A stretch of DNA of 63,648 bases, filler included, from Octopus bimaculoides (GCF_001194135.2; 4 parts of 4 records of this genome joined end to end with filler, not necessarily neighbours in it); one strand, 5' to 3'; positions 18,401-32,493 are shown, counted from the first letter of the whole stretch. Notes: generated by a model from the letters alone, not told the origin. Program-made: numbers and translations.

Positions 18401-18854
18401 TATANNNNNNNNNNAATTAAGAAAAAAAATGGAGAATTAGCGGTTAATATTTAGTTATTAATAAATTAATAATCATTTCTTCCTACAGCTGTTTCCATAT
18501 GTACTCATTGAATAAATTACAAATTTATGCATTAAATTTGCATTTGTGAGTTATGGGCAAAATATTATCAGGGAAAATTAGGCATTAAAAAATTACACGT
18601 TTATTCCAACAGACTAAATATATTGAATTGTTTTATTTTTTATTTGTGTATGCGCGTGAGGGTTAACGGATTAATTTGAATATTAAATTTTGTTGTGTCT
18701 GGGGAGAGTCATTTTCTTTTAGTGACTTATAATTTAACACACTCACTGGTAAAGTTTCCACTCATTTATTTATTTTACCTAAAATTTTCGTTGCGTCTTG
18801 CAACCTTTTCTAATCCAAAAACGAGATTGGATATCAAAAAATAAAGTAAAATGA

Positions 18855-18990
18855 ATTAGGTTGATATCAGTACTTTCTTTTATCGACCCCGAAAGGATGA
18901 AGGGCCAAGTTGATATAGGTAGTATTTGAACTCTGAATGTAAAGAACCAGAAGAAATGCCGCTAAACATTTTGTCCGACGTGCTAACTAT
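18855..18990 (-). mobile_element. Family A SINE fragment
   Basis: tatcgaccccgaaaggatgaa..tttgaactctgaatgtaaag..gtgctaac. Confidence 0.7.
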
Positions 18991-19337
18991 TCTACCTATA
19001 TATTTTTATTAATATTACTTGGAAAATTCAACATAGTTTGGAAAGAGAGAAGTCTCCAACAGACCAGACATGTCTAACGAAAATCAAAACCTAAAGGTCG
19101 ATTTCTATCTTGTCAATACCAGGATATTGGTTGTGGTATTCTGAAGAATCTTCTAGAACGGAAAGGAAGCAACAGAAGATTTTATTCAATTTATCTACAG
19201 ATCTTATGGAAGAATATTTGATGCTGTTTTAATGCCAGACAAATGGTTAAAAACCAAAAAGTGTTAAAGTATTAATATTTTCACGCTTCCATTTCGTTGA
19301 CTTTAAAAAACTATCTTCGAAGTTACCTTTGCCTGAC

Positions 19338-19488
19338 GCTCCACCGATTCCGTTAGTCAACGACCAACATTTTATCTGCTGCTCCACCGATTCTGTTAGT
19401 CAACGACCAACATTTTATCTGCTGCTCCACCGATTCCGTTAGTCAACGACCAACATTTTATCTGCTGCTCCACCGATTCTGTCAGTCA
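19338..19488 (+). repeat. 43-bp minisatellite, about 3.5 copies
   Basis: Unit gctccaccgatt(c/t)cgttagtcaacgaccaacattttatctgct-like; units start at 19338, 19381, 19424, 19467; no spacers. Confidence 0.95.
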
Positions 19489-20325
19489 GCTGATCTTAGG
19501 CAAACAATATTGATTCCTTCATGTTGTTGTTGTTGTTTGGCCCCAGGTCGACTCTGGTTAGGCAAACTTATGAACAGAACATGACAGAAGATCCTATTTC
19601 TCTTTTATTTTTTTACTTATTTCAGTCACTGGACTACGGCCATGCTGGGGCACTGCCTCGAAGGGTTTTGTTGAACAAATCGACCACAGTATTTTTTTTT
19701 TCAAAGCAAAACCAGCAACAAGAGAACAACAATAAGAAAAACTGCCGTACTATGAAATCTAGAATGATCAGATAATTGATATGACAATAAAATACTAGCA
19801 TATAATCTACTATATCGATAAGTATCTTAGAAGATACTGAAGTATATAGACAGAGATAGTGGGAGATAACAAAATATGTGGATAAACATATTAGGAAATA
19901 ATAAAGTATATCGATAAAGGCATTTTTTTCTAAAATGGGAAAAATTTTCGTTTAATTGCATATTCTGCTTTTTCATAGCCAAAAATAACGATTTGACGAA
20001 AATGACCGAAGCGATCAAATAATTTTATTGGGTGTGTGTGTGCATGTGTGTGAGAGAGTATTTTTTCCATCGTTCTAACGATTCTGCCGACTCGCTGCTT
20101 TAAGAACAATAACACTCTCACTTCCTTCTCATTCTATTCTATTCTCCTATGAAAATATTCATAAGGGCCTTCGTCTTTCTTAGTGCTATATTTTTACGGA
20201 GTAATTCCGATGAATAGAGCTGGCAACATTTGCTTATGTGACGGGGTTTTATGCTTACGTAATTCATACTTTCCCGCTCTCATGAAACACGTGTAAACTG
20301 TATAAACTATTAGTTTGTGTTCCTT

Positions 20326-20364
<39 letters not shown>

Positions 20365-20587
20365 ATTCATATATATATATATATGCATTCATACAGATAT
20401 ACATATTTATATTTGTGTTTATGTATCTGTATGTATATATATGTGTGTGTGTGCCTATATATATATATATATATATACGTGTTTGTATTTGTATTATGTA
20501 TGTGTGCATATATACACAGACACACATATATACATATATACATATATGCATATATGCATAAATATATACATCACAGAACCTCCAATG

Positions 20588-20621
<34 letters not shown>

Positions 20622-21479
20622 AACGCTGTACGTTCCTACCACTCTCTCCGCTGAGGATCGTAGGCGAAAGATCCGAAACTATAACGAATCCAATAAGCCA
20701 CAGGAAGTTCGATTTCAATCAGGATTAGCACTAAGAGGATTATTTTAAATCCTTACTCATGTTTCACACATTTACAAGTCTATTTTACATCGCTTGTAAC
20801 CCGACACGCAACACACACATGCACACACGCAACACACACATGCATACATGCAAACATATATATATACANNNNNNNNNNNNNNNNNNNNNNNNNNNNNNNN
20901 NNNNNNNNNNNNNNNNNNNNNNNNNNNNNNNNNNNNNNNNNNNNNNNNNNNNNNNNNNNNNNNNNNNNNNNNNNNNNNNNNNNNNNNNNNNNNNNNNNNN
21001 NNNNNNNNNNNNNNNNNNNNNNNNNNNNNNNNNNNNNNNNNNNNNNNNNNNNNNNNNNNNNATATATATATATATATATATATATAGATATTTGGAGGCT
21101 TTTGTTTTCTTCAACGGTATCCGTTTCACGTTATAAGTCCATCTAAGAATAGCTGATGTTTTAGTAGAAGTGGGCGATTCTTTAATGGGATAAAAACAAT
21201 ATTATTTTGCTTTTCTATGGTCTTACCGATTCTGACACGAGAACTTCACTACCGTCTCTTAGGAATAACCAGTTTTTACTTTATTTTATTTTATTTTATT
21301 CGTTTCTTTTTTTTATTATATATATATACTTTTTTAGTCGAAGACAACGACTTATTTCTTGAACGTTAAATTTATTCGACAACGAAACATGTTTTTTTCT
21401 CTCTGTTTGTTGAAGAGTTGACTTCTGGTACATTTTAATCTTGCATTGTTATCTATATTATTACTACTACTACTACTAC

Positions 21480-21531
<52 letters not shown>

Positions 21532-21654
21532 TTATACCTGTTGCTGTTGTGATAAGGAGATGAAGGATAAGGTGGGAGGAGGAAGATCATGAAGTAGTAG
21601 AAGAAGCAGTAGTAGTGGTGATGGTTGTGGTAGTACTCGTATTGTCATTATTGC

Positions 21655-21688
<34 letters not shown>

Positions 21689-21698
21689 NNNNNNNNNN

Positions 21699-21735
<37 letters not shown>

Positions 21736-22117
21736 CATTTTTTTGTGTGTATATATATATATATATTATTTTGTTTGTATATATTTATTTTTCACTCCAT
21801 TATTACATTTCTGCTGAAGGCTATTTCAGGAATATTTCAAAATTGATAGACCAATTTCCGTAATCCAGATTAACACACAAGAACAAGCTTATGCACACAC
21901 AAACGCATGCGCACCCAAACGTCAACACACACATATATAAACACACGTTTCTATACACATACACACATTTGTTTGTGTGTGCGTGTATGTGTGTGTGCGT
22001 GCATGTATGTATGTATGTATTCATTTATATATGTACAAATAAAGATAAATATATGCATACGCATATATGTACCTAAATGCACATATATGCATATACATAG
22101 ATATGTATATGTTTGTG

Positions 22118-22158
<41 letters not shown>

Positions 22159-22910
22159 ATGCATGGGGATATATATATGTGTGTGTGTGTGTGTGTATAA
22201 GTATATGTATGTGCATGAACATATGATGCGTTTATATGTATATACACACATATACAACACATATGCGTAGATATATAGATATATAGATATATATATACGT
22301 GCATATATACATAAATATTCATATAAATGTATATATATATACTTATATATAAATTACACACTCGCATGTATATACACGCACACATTTTCAATACAGACAC
22401 ATACATATACGTGCGTATTTATATATGTGTGTATGTATGTATGTATGTATGTACGTACGCATATATATATCTAGGTATACTTATGCATAGATATAAAAAA
22501 AAATGTCGTATTCGATCGTTAGGCGGAGAAGAAATTGCAGATCGACGTTGACAGAACAATAGTAGAAATAAAACACGAACCGCCAGCAAAACATTCATCT
22601 GGAGGTTATCAATCAAATGTTTGGCCAATGTAAGATATAATCTGAATGTTATTTTCTCTCCCCACCATGGCACAGCCTTCCCATCATGCATCTTCTCTAC
22701 CGCCATTTTGTACAGTATGTGCGCTAATGTTGCAGGATTCTTTTTTCCGACTGAAATATCTTTTGAGTAGTTTGTGATGACGGTGTTTGATATATATATA
22801 TATATATATCATTCTTAAGCAAGAATATTATTGATAGCGACTTCGAAGTTTCAGCCACTTTAAGAATGATAAATTGTGTTTATTATAACAGAACATAACA
22901 ATAGACCTTA

Positions 22911-22972
<62 letters not shown>

Positions 22973-22976
22973 TTAT

Positions 22977-23900
22977 ATTAGGTTGCCCAAAAAGTTATGA
23001 GCGTTTTATATAAATAATTGACTTTACAATAAATTTTATGCAGTGAAATAATTTTTCCATTATTATTAATGACCTTTACCCATCTTTCAGACAATTTAAA
23101 TATTCCATCAACATAAAATGTGACTTGTTTAGAAGAAAAAAGTTATCTCGATGCATTTTGACTCCATCGAAATCGTTCAATGTTTTTCCTTGCAATGAGT
23201 TCTGTAGAGACAAATGCAAGGGTAGTCGGATGGCGCCATATTGGAAGAATATGGTGGATGGGGCAAGAGATCCCAGCCAAGTTCATGCAATCTTGTTCGG
23301 ATAGCCAAAAACACGTGTAGTCAGGCATTGTCTTGTTGGAACACTGCCCCTTTCCTGTTGGAAATCTCTGGTTTCAATTCTTTGAGTTTTTTTTTTTGTT
23401 TTTTTTGGCTTATATTAGCCAGCTGACGACAGTACACATTAGAATTAATGGTCTGGTTTTGTGGAAGAAGCTCATAATAAATAATGCCACCAAACACAAA
23501 GCATGGCTTTTTTGGTATGGATATTCGTCTTTGGTTGCTGTTTTGGGGGCTTCTTACGCAAATTCCAGGATCTTTTTCCCACTACGTTTTCGTACACAAT
23601 CCATTTTTCATCTCCAGTCATAAGTTGTTTCAAAAAAGATATTTTTTCGTTCCATTTCAAAAGCACATCACAAACAGAATACCGGTCCAAGCAATTCTTT
23701 TCTGAGAGTTTCTGCGGGACCAATACACTGTAGCGAGAAATCTATCCTAGCTTTACTTGGTGTTCGTGAGCCGTACTTTTAGAAACTTCCAACTCCTCTG
23801 CATGTCCTCTAGTTGTAATATTTGAGTTTTCTTCGATTTTTGCCTTCAAAACATTTTCATTCAATTTTGAAGGTCTTCTACTGCGACTGTCATCTTCCAA
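22977..23900 (-). mobile_element. 5'-truncated mariner element (same family as 62335-63588)
   Basis: TIR ttaggttgcccaaaaagttatgagcg at 22978; minus-strand pieces LMTGDEKWIVYEN, KKAMLCVWW, QQDNA*LH, PYSSNMAPSDYP. Confidence 0.9.
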
Positions 23901-25715
23901 GCAACGAAAATTTTGGGAAAGAAAAAAAATATAAATAATAAATGAATGGAAATTGAACCGGTGAGTGCGTTAGATATAAAGGCAGTAAGACTCTACCCAG
24001 ATAAAACAGAAGTAGAATACCAGTAATATGCGTGAGTGTTATTAGCGAGTGTGAATGTCTCAAAGCACAATTATATCTGCCGTAGAACACGAGTTCTCAT
24101 CAAGAATCTTGTATTTTAAATAAATAGTTCAAATATTGGTTAGCATTGGTGAGAAGTGTTTTAAACAAAGGTACAGTGTTGTCCAGAAGGTCACATTATA
24201 TAATATAGTTCTAGATAGACCTAAAAAGACAAAAGGATGATCACAGGTAGAACGCTTTTGATAGTGCATCTACTCAGTTGGATTAAACAACATCTCTTAA
24301 ATATTTCAGCAATTTTTTTCCTCTTCCGAATAGCTCTTAATGTTTTGATAAAGTTTTCTTTAGAAAAGTAAACTTAAAAAAGCATGTTTTAACTAAGAGA
24401 GAATAGATTTTAAAGAATAGTATCTTAATGTTGTTTCAGTTTTTGACTAAATGTAACAGTAGTAAGTCTGACTCAATGTATTTATATAACAGTGCGTAGT
24501 TTCATACAAATACATCCTAAGTTCAAATAGCGCTGGGGTGCCGATAGTAAAAAATAGGAAAAAAAGAGAATATTAATAAAATGTTATTTGTATAGAAAAC
24601 AATCCTTTAACCGAATTACACTTGGATTTGTCCACAAAGAAAAAAAAACATCCGAATATTAAATGTTTTACTTTAGTTACTTCAGACAAGACCTTAACAA
24701 CATCGAGACAAAGTTTGCTTTTTAATGGTGGAAAACTTAAAATGTGTTTTTAAGTGACATAGAATACATTTTTAAGAATGGTATTTTCATGTTATTTAAG
24801 TTTCCGTCTAAATGTAATTTTTAAATCCATCACATACTTTTCTCTCTTATATTCTTGTATGTATTAACATCATTTCGTCAATAACAGATTTTTTCCTTCT
24901 CTTTTACAAGAAAATGAATCTATTATATTTTCTTATTTGAATTTTATGAATATATTTGTATTATTGAAATATTTATTTCATTTATATATTTATATATTAT
25001 CTCATGCATTATATAAATATATACATGTATGTATGCATATGTACGTATAAAAATATATATAAGTATATGTATATATATATATATATATNNNNNNNNNNNN
25101 NNNNNNNNNNNNNNNNNNNNNNNNNNNNNNNNNNNNNNNNNNNNNNNNNNNNNNNNNNNNNNNNNNNNNNNNNNNNNNNNNNNNNNNNNNNNNNNNNNNN
25201 NNNNNNNNNNNNNNNNNNNNNNNNNNNNNNNNNNNNNNNNNNNNNNNNNNNNNNNNNNNNNNNNNNNNNNNNNNNNNNNNNNNNNNNNNNNNNNNNNNNN
25301 NNNNNNNNNNNNNNNNNNNNNNNNNNNNNNNNNNNNNNNNNNNNNNNNNNNNNNNNNNNNNNNNNNNNNNNNNNNNNNNNNNNNNNNNNNNNNNNNNNNN
25401 NNNNNNNNNNNNNNNNNNNNNNNNNNNNNNNNNNNNNNNNNNNNNNNNNNNNNNNNNNNNNNNNNNNNNNNNNNNNNNNNNNNNNNNNNNNNNNNNNNNN
25501 NNNNNNNNNNNNNNNNNNNNNNNNNNNNNNNNNNNNNNNNNNNNNNNNNNNNNNNNNNNNNNNNNNNNNNNNNNNNNNNNNNNNNNNNTAATTTTTATAT
25601 ATTCTTCTATTTGCAGTGTTTTCTAAATTCATGTGGATTTTCTAAGATACATTTTGCTAATTTTTTTTCATTTACTTTTTTTCTTTTCCCCATAAATAAT
25701 GACAACAAAAACAGC

Positions 25716-25767
<52 letters not shown>

Positions 25768-26079
25768 GCGGAGAAAACACAATCTATGTCATAGAACACG
25801 CAACCTGCTAAAATAGATGTACTCAGAAGAGATATCATTTATTGTATTTTTTATTTCTACATGGTATTCAGATATCTAATGCATATATAATGTATGTGTT
25901 TGTGCGCGTGAGTGAGTGTACAAATGAAAAAAGAGCACTCAATACGTGGTATAGAGTACATGTTCATGGGTAAACATGTAATGATCCACGGCGACAATGA
26001 CTTTACGTGAATCTATGAAGAGCATCTGAATGGTTGCAGAAGTTTTGCAAGCGTGAAGCAATAGTAATATACTAACCAA

Positions 26080-26112
<33 letters not shown>

Positions 26113-26212
26113 NNNNNNNNNNNNNNNNNNNNNNNNNNNNNNNNNNNNNNNNNNNNTTAATTAATTAANNNNNNNNNNNNNNNNNNNNNNNNNNNNNNNN
26201 NNNNNNNNNNNN
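26113..26212. other. Artificial scaffold-join linker (N44-TTAATTAATTAA-N44)
   Basis: Identical 100-bp structure also at 52173-52272 and 58130-58229; the 12-mer puts stop codons in all six frames. Confidence 0.9.
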
Positions 26213-26300
26213 ATATATAGATTCAAGGTGAATATGGTACTTAAGTTTAGGCACCAGAGTTAAGTATGGTATTATCCAAACAATTCCAAAATAAGGTGAT

Positions 26301-26476
26301 TAAAATCAAAATAAGCGACAAGGATATCCAAACTTAATGCAGTACAATCATTTCATGTGACTCCATTTAATTAAGCAATGTGAACATTACATCAAATGTT
26401 TACGTTGCTTAATTAAATGGAGTCGCATGAAACGATCGTACTGCATTAACTTTGGCTATCCTTGTTGTTTATTTTG

Positions 26477-26483
<7 letters not shown>
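26301..26483. repeat. Long near-perfect palindrome (arms about 88 bp), probably a foldback/MITE core
   Basis: taaaatcaaaataag..gactccatttaattaagcaatgtgaacatt pairs with aatgtttacgttgcttaattaaatggagtc..tattttgatttta; centre near 26392. Confidence 0.9.
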
Positions 26484-26525
<42 letters not shown>

Positions 26526-26980
26526 ATAATTTTATGCCCACTTTCTGTAGTATATACAAAATTGGAGCTGAACCAAATGGGGATAGAAATACAACATTCA
26601 CTTTATTAGAACACACTAAACAGATCGTTTTCCTTCCTTCCCCTGTGTGTTTATGTATGTATTAACTCTCACCCAAAACACCGAATATATAATATTAATA
26701 GTAATTTAATTACAGTAGCAATAGAAAATTATATCACATCATATCACCACCTACTATAGAGGTAAAACATTACAGTAAAGACATATATTCTACTTTTGAC
26801 TTCAGTAGATTTATAATCACTACTCTCATACTTGCTTGAGACACATATTCCTCGCATATCTGTTAATTTCTTCCTCTCCGTGGTCTTCTGTTAACTCTAA
26901 ATACATGACTCTTGAGTTTAAAAAACAAATGGAGAGAGGGGTAGCTGTTGTTTTTGTTTTTCATTTTTTTAAATTTACAA

Positions 26981-27150
26981 CTACACTCTCTGAGTGGTTG
27001 GCGTTAGGAAGGGCATCCAGCTGTAGAAACTCTGCCAAATCAGATTGGAGCCTGGTGTTGCCATCCGGTTTCACCAGTCCTCAGTCAAATCGTCCAACCC
27101 ATGCTAGCATGGAAAGCAGACGTTAAACGATGATGATGATGATGATGATA
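26981..27150 (+). mobile_element. Short retroposon copy of the RTE-type 3' tail with (GAT)n end
   Basis: gagtggttggcgttaggaagggcatccagctgtagaaac..catgctagcatggaaagcagacgttaaacgatgatgat; same as 37120-37320 and 40463-40625. Confidence 0.85.
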
Positions 27151-28904
27151 ACAACTGGCTGAAGTCATGGCAAATGAGAGGTGTCAGTGTCAAGCGTTTC
27201 AATCAATGTCACAAAATTACAGACACTTACAAAGTGGCAGGCAAGCTGGCAGAATCAATTAGCATGCCGGGCAAAATGCTTAGCAGCATTTCATCTGTTT
27301 TTATGTTCTGTGTTCAAATTCCACTGCAGTCGGCTTTCCCTTTCATCCTCTTCTTTTTTCTTTTTATAGTTTCAGCTCAGAGCTGCGGCCATGCTGATAC
27401 ACGGTACATGGAACTGTACCGAGTATGGTCTCACTACCCGGTAATAGTCACAGAGACTACAAGAAGTTATGGAATATACCCTGTTCGAGTCCTCAGCTGG
27501 CAACCAGGGGACAAGTATTTATGTTCGACATGGTGGAATGGGATTTCACTGCACAAAAAAAAACTATACTCCGAAGAGTACAGTAAAATCAGCTCCCGTT
27601 TGCCACTTTACAAGACTATCTCAGCAATGATCTTGTAAATCATGTTGTAAAGAAGTTGCGAAAGTACTAGGTCAATGTAATCAACTTATTACGAACACTT
27701 ATTTTATTGTACTCATGTTAAGAGATCACTTAACTGTATAGATATTCAACCAGCACCAGTTCTACCAAGTCTCTTCTCTCAGAGCAGAAATGGCAATTTA
27801 TACATGCCTTTTCCACAGAAGTATCAACAACAGAAAGGAAGGAACTGGGAGTTGAACCTATGGTAAACTCTGTATATACAGCAGCATCACACTACCAAAT
27901 AGATTATTTCCTGTACAGCTATGATGTTGCAAATTTATTGAACAGGGATTTTTATGTTTGACGTCATTTTCCGGTAATGTGAGAGATCGAAGCTCTACTT
28001 ATCAACAAGTCCTAAAGAAAAAGGCTATATGTAATTGATACGAGACACTCCAGAAGATGAGGAAAAGAAGAAACATCTACTTGACCATCATCATCAGCAA
28101 CATAAGCAGCATAATCATCATTTAACATCTGCCTGCCTTGCTGGCATGGGTTGATCGCTTATAATTCAATTAACATCTAGGATGCATTATTGGAATATTA
28201 AATCGAATCTGTACTTAATTGATAGGCATCCTAACGATAGGCATCGACCCCAGAAAGATGAAAGGCAAAAATTTTCCTGGGTGGGATTTGAACTTGGAAT
28301 GTAAAAGGCCTTAACTAATTATTGCAGATGTTCTGGTTCTGCCAACAGAAGTGAAAACCATTTACTGCTAATTCCTCAAACCAACATTAGTTTATATTGG
28401 TTATCTGTGATATTCTTTCACACTCCCAATAAATTCATCTATTTCATAACACGGATGGACACAAAAAGAATTTATTTTAATATTTAGAGAATGGACTAAG
28501 ACTAGGATCAATAAAACAGAAATTAGATTAGTGGTGGAGAGGAGGGTAGCAGATTAGTGTATGAACGATAATAGTTAATATCACTGTCAATAAGGTTCTG
28601 TAACTAATACCTCCAACTATAAATAAGACTTAATACAAACCAAGAGTTCTATATGGTCATTCGATCAGCTAGAAATAACAGCTAAATCCCTTTCAAATCA
28701 CCCCCTTATGTTTGAATTCCAAGTGAAGCCACTAAATATAAGAAAACACCCACTGAACATGATTCTATAAGTCGTCATGTCAGACAAAAGATGTTGAAGA
28801 AGGACAAAGAAGTCAAGCACCATTTATGATACCTCACTAATAAATAATATTAATATCCTCACAGCCGAAAATTCCATCCAATATGTTTGCTGTTGAAAAT
28901 AGTA

Positions 28905-29363
28905 TTTATTATTATTTCTAAGTTTTGTCATAGGGCCGGCAATTTTGAGTGGGGTGAGAAGTTGATTACACCGACCGCAGTGCTCAACTGGTACTTATTT
29001 TATCGACCCTGGAAAAATAAAAGGCAAAGTAGACCTCGGCGGAATTTGAACTCGGAATGTAAAAAGACGGAAGACTTAGCGAGCGCTAAGCATTTTGTCC
29101 GACACACTAACGATTCTACCAGCTCGCTTTCATAATAATAATAATAATAACAATAATGGTTTCAAATTTTGCCACAAGGGCAGCCATTTGAGAGAGGGTA
29201 AGTCGACTATATCGACCCCAGTGCGTAACTGATACTTGATTTATCGACCCCGAAAGGATGAAAGGCAAAGTCGACCTCGGCGGAATTTGAACTCAGAAGG
29301 TAGCGACGGGCGAAATATCGCTACGCATTTCGTCCATCGTGTTAACGATTCTGCCAGCTCGCC

Positions 29364-29365
<2 letters not shown>
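28905..29365 (-). mobile_element. Two tandem family A SINEs separated by (TAA)n
   Basis: Copies at 28905-29130 and 29158-29365. Confidence 0.85.
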
Positions 29366-29417
<52 letters not shown>

Positions 29418-29908
29418 TAATGATGATGATGATATCGGCTCTCCTTCCCTTCACTGTTTCTCTCTAAAAAAAAAAATCGAAGCCAGGATTAGTAAAGGCT
29501 ACAGGCACAAAACCACATATTTTGGATCGGGGTTACAATCAAATCCAGCACCTCGACTTTATCGATTTCGATGGATGAAAGACAAATTTTACCTAAACCA
29601 GATTTGAACTCCTCNNNNNNNNNNNNNNNNNNNNNNCTCAAGAGTACATATACCCCTTTGTCAAATATGTGTCAGTGTGCACTTGGGTAAGTAATTAACT
29701 GCAACCTTAGAACCAAAGCAAAATTGTTTCGTTCTTTGGGGGCGGGGTTTCAGAATTACATGTTATTTTTCTTGGGTTAGAAATTATGATTTAAAAAAAA
29801 AACAGGCTATATTTGGCCAATATAAACACCGTATTCAATTTTATTTTCATTGATTACTTTATATATATGTGTGTGTGTGTGGTGTATTTATATATATATA
29901 CATATATA

Positions 29909-29961
<53 letters not shown>

Positions 29962-30858
29962 TGGGGAGAGAGAGCAATCGTAGATATACAACTAAAAATT
30001 TCCATACATAAAACATATAACTGAATAAACTAATATGGAATGTGTACACTTGTGTTTTAAATAGCCACTGTGTGTCTACGATAATAACCTGTATCATAGG
30101 TTCAAGGCCATAAATTAAGAGGGAGTACAGTCGATTATATATATATCTATCCCGAAAATATGAATGGCAAAGTTTGACGTAAGCAGGATTTGAACTCAAA
30201 ACGTAAAGAGGCGTTACATATCTTAGTTTCAACATTCGATTGCAGATCAAATCGGGTGCAGGGATTGAGGGGGGGGGGGGGTAACATCAAAAATTCGCTT
30301 CNNNNNNNNNNGGGGGGGGGGGGTAACATCAAAAATTCGCTTCGTAATTTGATGCTGTGCGGTACCTTATGTAAGTAGTTCTACTAAAGCTTCGAGCAGA
30401 CCAAAATTGTGTACGTAAAAATTGGTAGACGGAAACTTAAGTGGAAGCACGTCGGTGGCACCGTTCCTATTCTTGGGGTAGACTGAATTCGTTACTAGAT
30501 TTAATACTCCCACCTGAGTAGTAGAATCTGTTCCGTTGCAAGCATTCGGGCCAGATGTCCGGTTCCCCTACCTCCCATCAGGAACGGAGACTCCAAAAGC
30601 GCTATGGGCAACGTTCTACTTCTAAACCTTAAAAAGAATCGCATAAAAAAAATTCGCAGAAAGAAAGGGCATGAAGAAACAACTGTAAAAGTTTACTTGA
30701 ATGTGGATATATCACTAAGTGTTGCAACATGGATGAAAAAAACCATTGAACGAGGTACACACACACACACAGTGAAAGAGAGAAATATAAGTAGATAAAC
30801 AGACAGAAGTGAGAGTTGTGTCAATCTGCCACACTTCATTCATCATGAGGACATACAA

Positions 30859-31034
30859 GTGGGGTGATGTCCTCAATAAAGATTTTGGAAAGTCCCATTG
30901 AGTAATCGAGGTAAGAGTGGTGTTGACTATGATGTTGGGAGTGGTAGCAGTGGTGGTGGACAGGTAAGTGCCTGAAAAAAGGTGTGTAGTAGAATGTTGG
31001 TGACAAATGTAAAGGTGGTGTGATTAGTGGGCGG
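30859..31034 (-). promoter_or_regulatory. Candidate SREBP-binding intronic enhancer (two SREs plus GC box)
   Basis: Minus strand: ATCACCCCAC (canonical SRE-1) at 30859-30868, ATCACACCAC at 31015-31024; GGGCGG at 31029-31034 on the plus strand. Confidence 0.4.
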
Positions 31035-32493
31035 TCAGGTAGGACATGGTAAAATTATAGGCACGATATGATGGTTATTTTGGATCTGTAATGGATCAGT
31101 TCCACATGAATCCAGTCATTGTTTGTTGATACACATACAATCACATCAAACCAGAAAGAGAGCCCTGAAACCGTCACTGGAATTACTAGAAATAATAGCC
31201 AAATTAATCTTTAATCACAGATTATGTGGGTCTCAAAAAAAAAAGAATCTTTTTATGAAAAACAGGATGCTCATGGATGGAATGCTTTTGATCTTAAGCC
31301 TCCTGGAGCTAAATAACATCAACACAATGTATTTGGAAGTTGGAGTGGTAGTAGTACACTATGCATATTTGTGTGATATGACAATTTATCAGCTTCGAAT
31401 AAATGGGATGCACATGTTTAGCGCGCACTTACCACTAGAGATGACTCGTTTAATACAGAGCAGAGTTTGGTGTTTTTGTTGCAAAACACGATCTCTTAGA
31501 TTGAACAGAGCCACGATCAAAAGGCGTTACAATTATGATCATCCTATTGTCTTTAAAGCATAGTTTACCCCTGACTATATTATCCTTTCGGTCATTTATA
31601 TGTATTTTTTTTAAAGAGAGAGCGGTCTGAGGGAGAATTAGCTGCTATTTTTGTAGGTCTAGTGACCTGATAGTGGCTCTCCATTGGATCGACATCGACA
31701 GAGTTAAAGATCCAGGTAATTCTCTGAATGTTTGTGCAAGTACTATTCTACAGACTGATGCTACCATAAAGTTTCATTGCAATCACAAATGATATAAGTA
31801 TCAATACACCTTAAACATACATTATATATATAAGCAATATACATATTAGAATACAGTATGATGCAATTAGCAGATTTGTTATAACTGTAACATGGAGCCA
31901 ACATACATATACATGCACACACACACATATTATATATATATATATATATNNNNNNNNNNNNNNNNNNNNNNNNNNNNNNNNNNNNNNNNNNNNNNNNNNN
32001 NNNNNNNNNNNNNNNNNNNNNNNNNNNNNNNNNNNNNNNNNNNNNNNNNNNNNNNNNNNNNNNNNNNNNNNNNNNNNNNNNNNNNNNNNNNATATATATA
32101 TATATATATATATATATAGTGTGTGTGTGTGTTAATGTTTACTTGGATGTATCTATCAAAAAAAGATATACGTGTCTATCAACATTAAACATGTCAGTCT
32201 ACTATATAGTATGTGGAGAACAGTTTATTAAGCATTAGTACACTCATTGATATAATCAAAACAAGCACAGGTTGTTACATTTACAATCAGTATACACAAA
32301 ACACTACATAAGGTAATCGAAATGTCGAATGGCAGATTGATCCCCGATATTGTAACCACCGTGTGTTACTGAGTGATGTGGTGTGGTGTGGTGTGGTGTG
32401 GTGTGTGTTTATGTGCGTGTGTGAAACGCAAGAAGGAGCAATCACAACGGTACCGTAATGTCAATGACGGACAACAATACTACAAGGACTTAC

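Noticed and set aside
19338-19488. CRISPR-like array
   Set aside because: Units are contiguous with no unique spacers, and the context is eukaryotic; it is a minisatellite.
30269-30343. Direct duplication ggggggtaacatcaaaaattcgcttc across a 10-N gap (also the gactgatggtggaggt triplet at 4971-5018 beside a gap)
   Set aside because: An exact duplication flanking a minimal gap is typical of unmerged contig overlap; the triplet is low-complexity.
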